Below, piece by piece: positions 9,794 through 19,697 of a stretch of 64,000 nt of DNA. The stretch is taken from the NCBI GenBank assembly GCA_963666285.1, contig OY762711.1. One strand, 5' to 3'. A program made the position numbers and the translations under genes. The first letter of the stretch is position 1. Each line of letters opens with the position of its first letter. The stretch comes from Sedimentisphaerales bacterium. GTDB lineage: Bacteria; Planctomycetota; Phycisphaerae; Sedimentisphaerales; SM23-30. The notes under the pieces were generated by a model. It made no database searches. It saw only the letters and a list, made by a program, of their open reading frames with translations, and was not told where the DNA came from.

Positions 9794-11506
9794 ATGACAA
9801 AACAAATTAAAGCAACTGTTTTACCCGAAATTAAAAAGGCTACCCCTAAAATCCCTGTTATTGGCGTATTTGCACCATGCGACCCTCGTATAGATCAGGC
9901 CAGTCGCCAGCGGGCACTAAATATTATCGGACTGGTTGCTGATACTATCAGCGGACAGGTTTTACTGCCGGACAAAACTCCTATTCCTGTTGTCTATTCA
10001 TCAACCCTGATTGACAGCGAAGCTCAGGCTGATGTCGTTGCTCAGCAATTCCGTCAGGCCGGTGTCGATATACTTGTCTGTGCCCCGGACACCTGGGCTT
10101 TCCCTCAATTGACTACTATCTCGCTGCTTCAGCAGTTTCCTGACGATACTCCGTTAAACATTACCTGCGGTAACAGCGGGCCAAAACCAGGCGTTGTTTA
10201 CGCACACGCTCTCTCCGGTGCTATCAGCCAGTATGGCAAAATGGTTCACCTCAATGTAGGCAACTGGCCCGACACCGGCTTAAAACCGAAAATGAGCGAT
10301 GCTACTGCAACAGCTCTTATCGACTGGTGCTATGCCGCCGTTACCGCCAAAGCATTAAAAGGCCGCCGTGCTATGGTATTCGGACACGACTCAATGGGCA
10401 TGGAAACTGCACTCGCACATATTATCCCGACCCGTAATACTTTCGGGATCGAAATCACCAGGCTCGACATGAAACTGCTCGCCGATATGCTCAAAAAAGG
10501 GGCATACAACAAAAAAGAATTAAAAGAGCTGCGCAGCTGGATCGACAGCAATATCGGTAAACGGCTCGAAATCAAAACTGAAGCTGACAGCAATCGTTTC
10601 GATATGTCACTCGCTATGTACCTTATCAACCGGGATCTTATCGAAAACCTTAATGCAGTCGGCGGCGGATTTATGAGCCAGCTCGAATGGGGCAGCGATA
10701 GCCGGGGCCTGCCGCTGCCGGTTGCCGATGCCATGGAGTCACTATTTAATAGCTCTTTCGATCACAACGGGCCAAAAGCACCCCTACCGTTCGCTACCGA
10801 AGCTGATGTACAAGGTTTACTGACAATGCTGTTTATGACTTATCTTTCAGGCGGTAACCCTCCGCTATTTATGGACTTCCGAAAAGTATGGGAAGGATGG
10901 GAGGTCAAGGAGCTGGCAAAGAAAAACGGCATAAAAATCAATCCAAAAGCCGATTATATCGTCAAAGGCCTGGTCGACGGTGACAACTCAGGCAGTGCTT
11001 CCTTCGATTGGGCCGGCAAACCGGGCTCAACCATCAAGCAGTTAATGAGCAAAGTTACCATGCCGCTGGCTGACGATGGCTACTTCCCCGGCGGAGGCAA
11101 CAGCGTTACGTTTATGACACCTGCCGGTATCGAAGGGATCGCAGGACGACTGGCATACAGCGCACTTAACAATAAATTCAGTCTGTTCTGGGACGAAGCT
11201 AAAACTGTCTCTGTTCCTGCTAAGCTGGAAAATAAAATGGTCAACCTGACCAACTGGAACTGGCCGCACACTTTTGTTGTTCCTAAATATGCTACCATGG
11301 CCGAGTACAAACAGTATGCTCCTGCTAACCATTTCCATATGACCTGGAACCTGCCGGTTTCAAGGCTTCAATACTGGATGGACCTGACTGGTGTTATTAG
11401 CGCTGCTCCTTGGGCTGCCAGACCTGTCTTCGTAGAAGGTACTGACAGACCTCAGCCGCTTATTCACATCCTTAACGGCGGCGAAAATATGTACAAAAGT
11501 TTGTAA
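9794..11506 (+). CDS. L-fucose/D-arabinose isomerase family protein
   Basis: PGVVY, SMGM, DMKLL, FATEADVQGLL, DFRKVW, WPHTF, ANHFH; next to fucP and fucU; start at ATG 9794 after RBS. Confidence 0.8.
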   Translation: MTKQIKATVLPEIKKATPKIPVIGVFAPCDPRIDQASRQRALNIIGLVADTISGQVLLPDKTPIPVVYSSTLIDSEAQADVVAQQFRQAGVDILVCAPDTWAFPQLTTISLLQQFPDDTPLNITCGNSGPKPGVVYAHALSGAISQYGKMVHLNVGNWPDTGLKPKMSDATATALIDWCYAAVTAKALKGRRAMVFGHDSMGMETALAHIIPTRNTFGIEITRLDMKLLADMLKKGAYNKKELKELRSWIDSNIGKRLEIKTEADSNRFDMSLAMYLINRDLIENLNAVGGGFMSQLEWGSDSRGLPLPVADAMESLFNSSFDHNGPKAPLPFATEADVQGLLTMLFMTYLSGGNPPLFMDFRKVWEGWEVKELAKKNGIKINPKADYIVKGLVDGDNSGSASFDWAGKPGSTIKQLMSKVTMPLADDGYFPGGGNSVTFMTPAGIEGIAGRLAYSALNNKFSLFWDEAKTVSVPAKLENKMVNLTNWNWPHTFVVPKYATMAEYKQYAPANHFHMTWNLPVSRLQYWMDLTGVISAAPWAARPVFVEGTDRPQPLIHILNGGENMYKSL

Positions 11507-11551
11507 TTCAGGCTTTATCTTTCAAAAATTAAATTTCTTAGAGATCAGATA

Positions 11552-13174
11552 ATGAAAAACAAAAGTGATTCTGTACCGGTTATACAGAGAAAAATGCTGT
11601 TATCATTTATACTCGTAACAGCACTTTTCTCACTTTGGGGGTTTGCTAACGATGTTACTAACCCACTAGTAAAAGCATTTAAAGATGTCTTTGTCATCAG
11701 TAATACTCAAAGCAGCTTCGTCCAGATGGCTTTTTACGGTGGTTATGCCACTATGGCTCTACCGGCCGCTATTTTCATCAGGAAATATAGTTACAAAGCC
11801 GGTATCCTGGTAGGACTTTCGCTCTATGCCATCGGTGCCCTTATGTCTATCCCGGCGGCATATATGCTAAGCTTTAACCTGTTCCTGGTAGCTCTGTATA
11901 TCCTTACCTTTGGACTGGCTTTTCTGGAAACAACAGCAAATCCATATATCCTCTCTATGGGTGATGAAAAAACCGCTACCCAGCGACTCAACCTGGCACA
12001 GGCTTTCAATCCAATTGGCTCACTTACCGGTATGACTGTTGCTATTTTTGCCATCCTTGGCAACTTAAACGTTCAGGATTTTCGTAACGATGTTGCACAG
12101 TACAGGTCAGAATTATCTGCACAGACCAATGCTGTTACAGTTGATGAAAGTCAGAAAAATGGCGGTACCGTCGATAATCTTATGAAATTCCTTAATATGG
12201 ACCAGGACGACGACTTGCCGGTCGACGAAAACCTGCTCGCTTACCTTAACACCTGGCAGGAAGGCAGAAATGCTCCGCTTACCAAAGATAAACTGGAAAA
12301 AGTTAAAACTGGAGAACTGACTATCGATCCGGAAACTGCTTCTCTCGCTGATTTATCTTACGACAGCGTACTGACCCAGGCATTGGCAGACTATAAAGAT
12401 GGAAAAATTGAAAGCTTCCGGGGCTTATCTCATTCGCAGCTCCAGTCAGAAGACTTGAAAATTGTCCGAGCTCCGTATGTTGCCATTGGTATTGTCGTAC
12501 TGGCATTCCTGTTTCTATTTATTATTTCAAAAATGCCTGATACAAGTAATCATGAAAAAAATCTGCACATTATGGAAACTTTCAAATACCTGTTCCATAA
12601 TAAAAGGTATCTTGAAGGTGTTATTGCTCAAACTTTTTATGTTGGCGCTCAAATTATGTGCTGGACTTTCATTATTCATTACGCAACTGACTTACTGGGT
12701 TTCAGCCTGGCAAAAGCACAGGCATATAATGTCATTGCCATGATCATTTTCTGCTCCAGCCGATTCATATGCACCTTTATGCTTAAATACATCAGCCCGG
12801 GTCGCCTGCTCATGACTTTGGCAATTGGAGCAATGACTTTAACCCTTGGCACAATTTTTCTTCAGGGTATGCCTGGTCTCTATTGCCTGGTGGGCATCTC
12901 GGCTTGTATGTCGCTTATGTTCCCAACCATTTACGGTATAGCTCTTGACGGCATGGGCGAAGAAGCAAAAATTGCGTCTGCAGGACTAATCTTTGCTATT
13001 GTTGGCGGATGCCTTATGCCGCCGCTGCAAGGACGAATTATTGATATGGGAAATATTGGCAGCCTGGAAGGTGTAAGGATATCATTTATCCTGCCGTTTA
13101 TTTGTTTTGTTGTCATCGCTATTTACGGTTTCAGAACATTTGCTGTCCACCATCCGCGTTCTGAAGATATCTAA
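11552..13174 (+). CDS. fucP: L-fucose:H+ symporter family MFS permease with a large hydrophilic insertion
   Basis: LFSLWGFAND, FLETTANPYI, RLNLAQAFNPIG, YVGAQIMCWTF, SLMFPTIY. Confidence 0.85.
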   Translation: MKNKSDSVPVIQRKMLLSFILVTALFSLWGFANDVTNPLVKAFKDVFVISNTQSSFVQMAFYGGYATMALPAAIFIRKYSYKAGILVGLSLYAIGALMSIPAAYMLSFNLFLVALYILTFGLAFLETTANPYILSMGDEKTATQRLNLAQAFNPIGSLTGMTVAIFAILGNLNVQDFRNDVAQYRSELSAQTNAVTVDESQKNGGTVDNLMKFLNMDQDDDLPVDENLLAYLNTWQEGRNAPLTKDKLEKVKTGELTIDPETASLADLSYDSVLTQALADYKDGKIESFRGLSHSQLQSEDLKIVRAPYVAIGIVVLAFLFLFIISKMPDTSNHEKNLHIMETFKYLFHNKRYLEGVIAQTFYVGAQIMCWTFIIHYATDLLGFSLAKAQAYNVIAMIIFCSSRFICTFMLKYISPGRLLMTLAIGAMTLTLGTIFLQGMPGLYCLVGISACMSLMFPTIYGIALDGMGEEAKIASAGLIFAIVGGCLMPPLQGRIIDMGNIGSLEGVRISFILPFICFVVIAIYGFRTFAVHHPRSEDI

Positions 13175-13185
13175 GGAAAATTTAT

Positions 13186-13623
13186 ATGCTAAAAAATATA
13201 CCATCAATACTCAGCCCGGAGCTGTTAAAAATTCTAATGGAGATGGGCCACGGCGATGAAATTGTCATCGCAGACGGCAACTTCCCCGGCGCCTCGATCG
13301 CTCAAAGACTCATACGTGCCGACGGCCATGGCGTACCGGCAATACTGGAAGCTGTATTAAAACTGTACCCGCTCGATATATACGTCGGCAAACCATGCGC
13401 ACTTATGGAAGTAGTACCCGGCGATAAGGTTGAAACACCTATCTGGGACCAATACGACAAAATCATACAAGCAAGCGGCGAAAAATTTGAAAACGGTTTC
13501 GATATGGTAGAACGTTTCGCATTCTACGAAAGGGCTAAAAATGCCTATGCCGTTATTATGACCGGCGAAACCGCGTTATACGCTAATATCATCCTCAAAA
13601 AAGGAGTTGTTGTAGAAAAATAG
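13186..13623 (+). CDS. fucU: L-fucose mutarotase (RbsD/FucU family)
   Basis: MLKNI..LSPELLKILMEMGHGDEIVIADGNFP...RFAFYERAK..TGE.ALYANIILKKGV. Confidence 0.92.
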   Translation: MLKNIPSILSPELLKILMEMGHGDEIVIADGNFPGASIAQRLIRADGHGVPAILEAVLKLYPLDIYVGKPCALMEVVPGDKVETPIWDQYDKIIQASGEKFENGFDMVERFAFYERAKNAYAVIMTGETALYANIILKKGVVVEK

Positions 13624-13689
13624 TTTGCCCCACTGCAGCAAACCTTCCCCGATATCTATATTACAACCAGATCATCCCTCTTATTACTT

Positions 13690-13728
13690 ATATACTGTCG
13701 TGTTTCCATGCATGACAGTATATTTTTT
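13690..13728 (+). terminator. Intrinsic terminator after the fucose genes
   Basis: atatactgtc...gacagtatat stem followed by a T-run. Confidence 0.65.
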
Positions 13729-13827
13729 ATCTTTCTATCAGTTAACTTTCGTTGTTTTGAAGTAGCACATATCGCCTAAAAGGCCATTCCTGCAACATTT
13801 TGAATTTAAACAAAATGTGAGACGATA

Positions 13828-13865
13828 GCGAATTATTCCTGATGTCAACGTACATCGGGACACCT
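13828..13865. repeat. Short palindromic repeat, second copy at 40907-40944
   Basis: gcgaattattcctgatgtcaacgtacatcrggacacct in both places. Confidence 0.85.
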
Positions 13866-13944
13866 TAAATTTTCACTATTCACTATTCATTTTTAACTTA
13901 ATTGGCCCTGTTCCGACCTTTGCGTATAGTGTTGAACAGTTAAA

Positions 13945-14030
13945 ATTGCCAGTTCGAGCGTGGTATAAGTGACTACATTACCATCACTTACCTTGAGAGC
14001 GATCAGACAAAATCATACACTGTGTGTATA
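13945..14030. repeat. 86-bp dispersed repeat, copy 1
   Basis: 73/86 identical to 23235-23320 by manual alignment. Confidence 0.85.
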
Positions 14031-14065
14031 GAATTTCAAATCAACACCGCAAGACAGCAATACAA

Positions 14066-14956
14066 CTACCTTATTCTTCTACGTATTATACCCACTATAC
14101 TAGTACCAAAACCTGCCAACAAAACTGCTCCTGGAGTAGGCACTGTTGTAACTGTAGAGATAGCAACGACACGTAAACCGATATATTTGGATTCATCATT
14201 CAGGAGTCCGATTGTATGAGTATTCGATGATCTGATCCTATTTTCATCGCCTAAGTAGCTCCCGCCAAAAATTAAGCGACATGATAGCATTTCCGTCTCG
14301 CTCCATTCCCAAAGATTACCCATAATATCAAATGTTCCATTCTGCTCTTCAACACCAGAACCAACTATCCAAGGCCGGCCCACACTTCCCGCATAGTTTG
14401 AATCTACGCCAGGAACTGGTGCGGTATTTGTTCTATTGGCATATAAAGAGTATCCGTTGCCATCCGGAGTATAAAATGCCGCTTTGTACCATTCATCAGC
14501 TGTAGGAAGTACATAGGCGATTTCGTAAGCTAAAATGGCTGATTCTCGATTAGTACCCGTAAAATTACCACTTGTATCAAATTTATAAGCACCGGAATAC
14601 TTATCACCACTTGTAAGATAATTACAAAATTGAGCAGCCTCGTACCAGCTTACAAAACCGACAGGATGATGATTTGGACGAGCCCCCAAAAAAACTTCAT
14701 CATAACCATCACCCGGATTACCAGTTGGTGCTCCTGCGGCTGAAACAAAAGCATCCCACTGACCATTAGTAACCTCATACTTGCCAATCTGATACTCATA
14801 ACCAACCGCACCATAACCATTTACATTAGCAGCATTTCCAGCATTTCCTATAGTTACAAAATCAAAATCAATACCCTGCACACTTACCGTTGTGCCTGCT
14901 GATGCAATACCGGAAAACACACAAACACTTAAAACCAAAACCAATAGCTTTCTCAT
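14066..14956 (-). CDS. FGE-sulfatase (SUMF1-like) domain protein with a PEP-CTERM-like tail
   Basis: IGKYEVTN.QW, LPTADEWYKAA, DIMGNLWEW, GGSY, IGLRV; tail VPTPGAVLLAGFG..RRRIR. Confidence 0.85.
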   Translation of the reverse strand: MRKLLVLVLSVCVFSGIASAGTTVSVQGIDFDFVTIGNAGNAANVNGYGAVGYEYQIGKYEVTNGQWDAFVSAAGAPTGNPGDGYDEVFLGARPNHHPVGFVSWYEAAQFCNYLTSGDKYSGAYKFDTSGNFTGTNRESAILAYEIAYVLPTADEWYKAAFYTPDGNGYSLYANRTNTAPVPGVDSNYAGSVGRPWIVGSGVEEQNGTFDIMGNLWEWSETEMLSCRLIFGGSYLGDENRIRSSNTHTIGLLNDESKYIGLRVVAISTVTTVPTPGAVLLAGFGTSIVGIIRRRIR

Positions 14957-15324
14957 TTCCCATTCCTTTCAAACATAATATACAAATATGTTAATCTCTA
15001 TAAAAGGGATCAAGTAATTATCCCGATGATATATGGATTATACTAATTTTCACTTATATATCATAACAAAAACATGTCAAATTCAGTTTAGTGATTTATT
15101 TTACCTAAATTAACTTTCTGTAATTTCTATATCACTTTACATGAGAATTTAACGAATGACTAAATGCATACCATTTTCCCTTGCCCAAAACGCCGTATTC
15201 GCTTATCATATTCCCTTTAAACAAGACAGATACCATTGAAAATAAAAGACTTAAGACAGCTCTAAAATTTACTTTCAATCGAGAACGACATTTTTTAGAA
15301 ATTGCTTATGGAGGAGCGACAACT

Positions 15325-17607
15325 TTGCAGGATATTCTCAAAAATCTTACCGAACCGCAACGGCAAGCTGTAACACATATAGAAGGACCGGTTCTGGTTC
15401 TCGCCGGACCCGGCTCCGGCAAAACACGCGTTATTGTCAACCGCGTCGCATATATGGTCCGCCACTGCAATATCGCACCCTGGAATATCCTCGCTATCAC
15501 ATTCACCAACAAAGCGGCCAACGAAATGAAACATCGTCTCGAAGCGATGGGCATCAACCGCGGCGCTACCGTTTGCACGTTCCACTCGCTCGCCGTCAGA
15601 CTGCTGCGTGAGTTCAGCTCGCTCGCAGAGCTGCCGCCGCAGTTCAGTATCTACGACGATTCCGACCAGCAGGCAGCTGTCAAGGAAGCCATGAAACAGC
15701 TTGAGGTCGACCCCAAGCAATATCCGCCCAGGTCATTACTCGCGCGTATCAGCAATTGCAAAAACGATCTGAAAATGCCGGACGATGTCGCACTCACAAA
15801 CGACTTCGACCTGCGTACCAAGGTATTCAAACGAGTATATGCCCTCTACCAGGAGATCCTGCAAAAAAACGGGGCCGTCGACTTTGACGACCTGCTCGTT
15901 AAACTCGCTTTCATGCTGCGCGACAACCCGGAAACACTGCTCACGTTAAACGAACGATATAAATACATACTCGTCGATGAATATCAGGACACCAACTCAT
16001 GCCAGTATCAGATTGCCCGCGGGCTCAGCCTCCATCATGGCAACCTGTTCGTATCTGGCGACCCGGACCAGTCTATCTACGCCTGGCGCGGTGCCGATAT
16101 CCAGAACATCCTTGCTTTCGAACAGGATTACCCCGAGGCAACTGTTATTCGACTGGAGGAAAACTTCCGCTCCGCACCTGAGGTACTCACTCTCGCAGAT
16201 GAGGTCATCAGCAAAAACAAAAAGCGGAAAGCAAAAAAACTCTTCACTACCAACCCATCCGGACCGATGCCGGCCCTGTACGACTACTATAACGAGTACG
16301 AAGAAGCCGACGGGCTCGCTGACTGGATTAAGCAAGTTGTAGAAGAAGGTAAACAGTACAAAGATATCGCGGTTTTCTACCGGATAAACTCTATGAGCCG
16401 TGTTCTCGAACAATCGCTCCGCAAAGCCCAAATACCATACCAGATCGTCCGCGGAGTAGAGTTCTTCAAACGCAAAGAGATCAAAGACATACTCTCATAC
16501 CTCCAATTACTGGTCAACCCCGCCGACCAGGTCGCTCTCCAGCGCATTATCAACCGCCCCACCCGCGGCATTGGCAATACCTCGGTTGACAGGCTCATCC
16601 AGCACTCAATCGAACAAGGCATGGACCTATGGAGCGTCATACAGAACGTCGAACAGGTCGAAACCATCAACGCCGGTGCCAAGGCCAAGGTCAAGCGTTT
16701 TGCCGACCTGATTATCAACCTGCAAAAAGAACTCGAAACGATGAATATCGAAGATATCATCCGCACCACATACAAGGCTACCGGACTGGAAGCTCAGCAC
16801 GAAACTGATGAAGATGAAAATGCTATCGAGAACGTTACCGAACTGGTAAACTCAGCGACCCAGTTCACCTCTGAAGCTGAAGATGAAAATTACGGACTGA
16901 ACGACTTCCTCCAGCAGATATCACTGGTCGGCGATGCCGACGCCTACGATGAAGAGGCCGGCGTCGTCTCGCTTATGAGCCTGCATGCCGCCAAAGGACT
17001 GGAGTTCCCCGCCGTTCGTATTGTCGGTATCGAGGAAAACATTCTGCCTCACAGCCGCTGCATCGACGATCCCGACGGCATGGAAGAGGAACGAAGACTG
17101 CTTTTTGTCGGCATAACTCGCGCCGAACAAATGCTAACTCTCAGTATGGCTCATAACCGCACCCAGAACGGCATGTCTAATGCTACTATCCAGTCCCGGT
17201 TCCTGCGAGACCTAGAAAACATCGAACGAAGCTCGTCCATGAGCGACGAAACCAAAAACATGTGGCAGCAGCAAGTAGGCTACAGCAAACAGTCCTTTGG
17301 CTCCAGATCAACCGGTAAATCCGCCGGCTCGGGCGGCGGCTGGAAAAAAGCTGCTCCTGCCCAGTCCGGCTATTCCAGACCGGCCGCAAAACCTGAGCCA
17401 ACCCCAAGCTACGCTGACAGCGACGGCATAACTTACGAATATGAGGAAAGCTACCTCCGCGAAGGTCAAAACGTTCGACACGGCTCGTTCGGCATCGGCA
17501 AGATCGAAAAACTCATACCAGGCGGCAGCCCCAAGGTCGTTGTCAACTTCCAACGCGTCGGAAGAAAAACTCTTGTGCTAGAATACGCCAAACTTCAGGC
17601 TTTGTAA
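15325..17607 (+). CDS. pcrA: ATP-dependent DNA helicase PcrA/UvrD
   Basis: AGPGSGKT, ITFTNKAA, VDEYQDTN, GDPDQSIYAWRGA, HAAKGLEF, EERRLLFVGITRA, C-terminal tudor-like domain; TTG 15325 follows GGAGGA. Confidence 0.93.
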   Translation: MQDILKNLTEPQRQAVTHIEGPVLVLAGPGSGKTRVIVNRVAYMVRHCNIAPWNILAITFTNKAANEMKHRLEAMGINRGATVCTFHSLAVRLLREFSSLAELPPQFSIYDDSDQQAAVKEAMKQLEVDPKQYPPRSLLARISNCKNDLKMPDDVALTNDFDLRTKVFKRVYALYQEILQKNGAVDFDDLLVKLAFMLRDNPETLLTLNERYKYILVDEYQDTNSCQYQIARGLSLHHGNLFVSGDPDQSIYAWRGADIQNILAFEQDYPEATVIRLEENFRSAPEVLTLADEVISKNKKRKAKKLFTTNPSGPMPALYDYYNEYEEADGLADWIKQVVEEGKQYKDIAVFYRINSMSRVLEQSLRKAQIPYQIVRGVEFFKRKEIKDILSYLQLLVNPADQVALQRIINRPTRGIGNTSVDRLIQHSIEQGMDLWSVIQNVEQVETINAGAKAKVKRFADLIINLQKELETMNIEDIIRTTYKATGLEAQHETDEDENAIENVTELVNSATQFTSEAEDENYGLNDFLQQISLVGDADAYDEEAGVVSLMSLHAAKGLEFPAVRIVGIEENILPHSRCIDDPDGMEEERRLLFVGITRAEQMLTLSMAHNRTQNGMSNATIQSRFLRDLENIERSSSMSDETKNMWQQQVGYSKQSFGSRSTGKSAGSGGGWKKAAPAQSGYSRPAAKPEPTPSYADSDGITYEYEESYLREGQNVRHGSFGIGKIEKLIPGGSPKVVVNFQRVGRKTLVLEYAKLQAL

Positions 17608-17681
17608 TACGTTGAACACAAGCCTGCCAGTTAAGAATACAGAATTTTATTCCTTAACGAGAAATATGTTTATGAAAACTA

Positions 17682-17963
17682 TTGATCTCTATTTTTTTTG
17701 AGAGCATAATGATGAAATATGCAATTATTTCTGTAACATCCAATAGCCTTTGCGGTGGAATTAGTTTCCTCATAATAGCATGTTTGTCATATTTTTTTTC
17801 TTCTCGACGTGATTTATTTATAAGGATTTTTGTAAGGGACAAATCTGAACTTGCTCATTATAATAAAAACTTGCCAAATGAAACCGATTTCAAGAGAGTA
17901 CTTCGTTTGTTTGCAATAGTAGAAATTATCATTGCTGCAATTATTGTTATTATAGGAAAATAG
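17682..17963 (+). CDS. Small hypothetical membrane protein
   Basis: Two hydrophobic segments; AT-rich. Confidence 0.45.
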   Translation: MISIFFESIMMKYAIISVTSNSLCGGISFLIIACLSYFFSSRRDLFIRIFVRDKSELAHYNKNLPNETDFKRVLRLFAIVEIIIAAIIVIIGK

Positions 17964-18108
17964 ATCTTCCTGCTGGAAACGACGAGCCACAGCTTGGCAC
18001 ATTTAAACTAGAATTGCGAAGCAAAACCTTCCCTAATACCTGGTACCTAATACCTAATACCTTTCACAAGCTAACTTCCCCAACCCGGGCATCCATTAAT
18101 CAAAAATA

Positions 18109-19467
18109 TCAACAAAGCTTTTCCACTTTACTAACATAAGCTTCCACATCAAACTTTCTTTTCAGCCCCGCCGCATTCATATAGCGCACCTTGCCGAATA
18201 TCTCCCGCTCAGACCACGCCCGATCATGCTTGCCAAAGCACCACGCCACCCCCGCATAGCCGTTCGGATCACGACCATCCAGCTCATATTTATTATTCAG
18301 GTACAATGCCGCCTCATATGCCTGCCTGGGGCTCTTGCTCCATTCCAATATCTTCTTACCCCAATACATCCGCATATAGCCGTGCATCTTACCGGTCAGC
18401 ACCATCTCCATCTGCGCCGCATTCCAATACACATCATGCGTCAACCCTTTCTCCAGCTGCTCCAGCGAATAAACATACTCACGCTTATCACTACCATGAA
18501 ACCGCAGCGTATTCCTCGCCCACGGCGGCAGACACTCATACTTATCATAATCCCTGTTATAATAGACAAAGTTAAAACTCAGCTCCCGCCTCACTATCAG
18601 CTCTTCCAGAAACGAATCCTTCCCCACACTGTCAGTCTCCGCGGCCTTCAGAGCAACATACAGCGGTGATATCTGGCCAAAATGCAGGTACGGGCTAAGC
18701 CCCGAACAATAATCCAGGCTCGGGTCATTTCTCTTATCAGCAAAATTATCAATCTTATTCTTTAGAAAATCCGCCAGCCGCTTTTTCGCCTCAATCGTCC
18801 CGCCTTTATACTGTTCAACCGCCCCCACACTCCTGTCAATATCCAGCTTCGCCAGCGCCTTATCAATATCTGAAATATCAAAACACTTGATACCCTTAAA
18901 CTTCATCCCCAGACTATCATATTTAACCTTGCCATGCTTAACCGGCACCATATACTCTGTCAGCTGCTTATTAATCCTCGGCCGCAATGTGCCCGCCGAA
19001 TAATTCTCCTTATCAGAAACCTCCCGTATCGGCACTATCAGGTTTGTCTCAACCTCTACCATTCCGCAACCCGCCTCTTTCGCCGCGTCCCTTCGCCACT
19101 GCCGCTGAATCCTGGTATGACCGGCATCAACCACCACCATAGCGGCATCCTTCGCCATCTCCACTACCGCCTTCTCCGGCGACTTATGCAAAACCACCAG
19201 CTGAATCCCGCGCTTGGCCAAAGCCTGCCGGACATCTGCCAGCCCCTCAAACATAAAGGTATAATGCCGCAGATTCGCCTCAGGATAACCATCTGTAACC
19301 CCAAACATCGCCGCTACCGGCAGCTTCAGCTTATTAGCAGCCGTTATCGCATACTCCAGCGCATGATTATACTCCGACCTCTGGGCCGCCTGCATCCAGT
19401 ACAAAACATACCTGCCCTGCAGCACATCTGCATTATTCAAATATCTTATCCGCGTTTCCTCGATCAT
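18109..19467 (-). CDS. phrB: Class II CPD photolyase
   Basis: YVLYWMQ..QR, SGLSPYLHFGQIS, FLEELIVRREL, MHGYMRMYWGKKILEW, LDGRDPNGY. Confidence 0.93.
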   Translation of the reverse strand: MIEETRIRYLNNADVLQGRYVLYWMQAAQRSEYNHALEYAITAANKLKLPVAAMFGVTDGYPEANLRHYTFMFEGLADVRQALAKRGIQLVVLHKSPEKAVVEMAKDAAMVVVDAGHTRIQRQWRRDAAKEAGCGMVEVETNLIVPIREVSDKENYSAGTLRPRINKQLTEYMVPVKHGKVKYDSLGMKFKGIKCFDISDIDKALAKLDIDRSVGAVEQYKGGTIEAKKRLADFLKNKIDNFADKRNDPSLDYCSGLSPYLHFGQISPLYVALKAAETDSVGKDSFLEELIVRRELSFNFVYYNRDYDKYECLPPWARNTLRFHGSDKREYVYSLEQLEKGLTHDVYWNAAQMEMVLTGKMHGYMRMYWGKKILEWSKSPRQAYEAALYLNNKYELDGRDPNGYAGVAWCFGKHDRAWSEREIFGKVRYMNAAGLKRKFDVEAYVSKVEKLC

Positions 19468-19640
19468 ACCTGCTTTTCCTGCTCTTCAGTATTTACCGCC
19501 AACACTTCAAAACTTCCTACTCCTCGCTTCCATCTTCTAAACCAAAAGATATCTTTTTACAATTTGATATTGAAAATTAAAATAGTTTGCCGCTTTGCGG
19601 CATTCCTTGCCTAATACCAAATACCTGACAACTAATACCT

Positions 19641-19667
19641 CTCAAGCTGACCATCAGTCAGTTTGAG
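19641..19667. repeat. 27-bp REP-like palindrome, copy 1, preceded by a CTAATAC-type heptamer tract
   Basis: ctcaagctgaccatcagtcagtttgag; related copies at 23360-23386 and 30067-30093. Confidence 0.8.
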
Positions 19668-19697
19668 TTCTGACTTATTTGATTACTGGAAAGGCAA

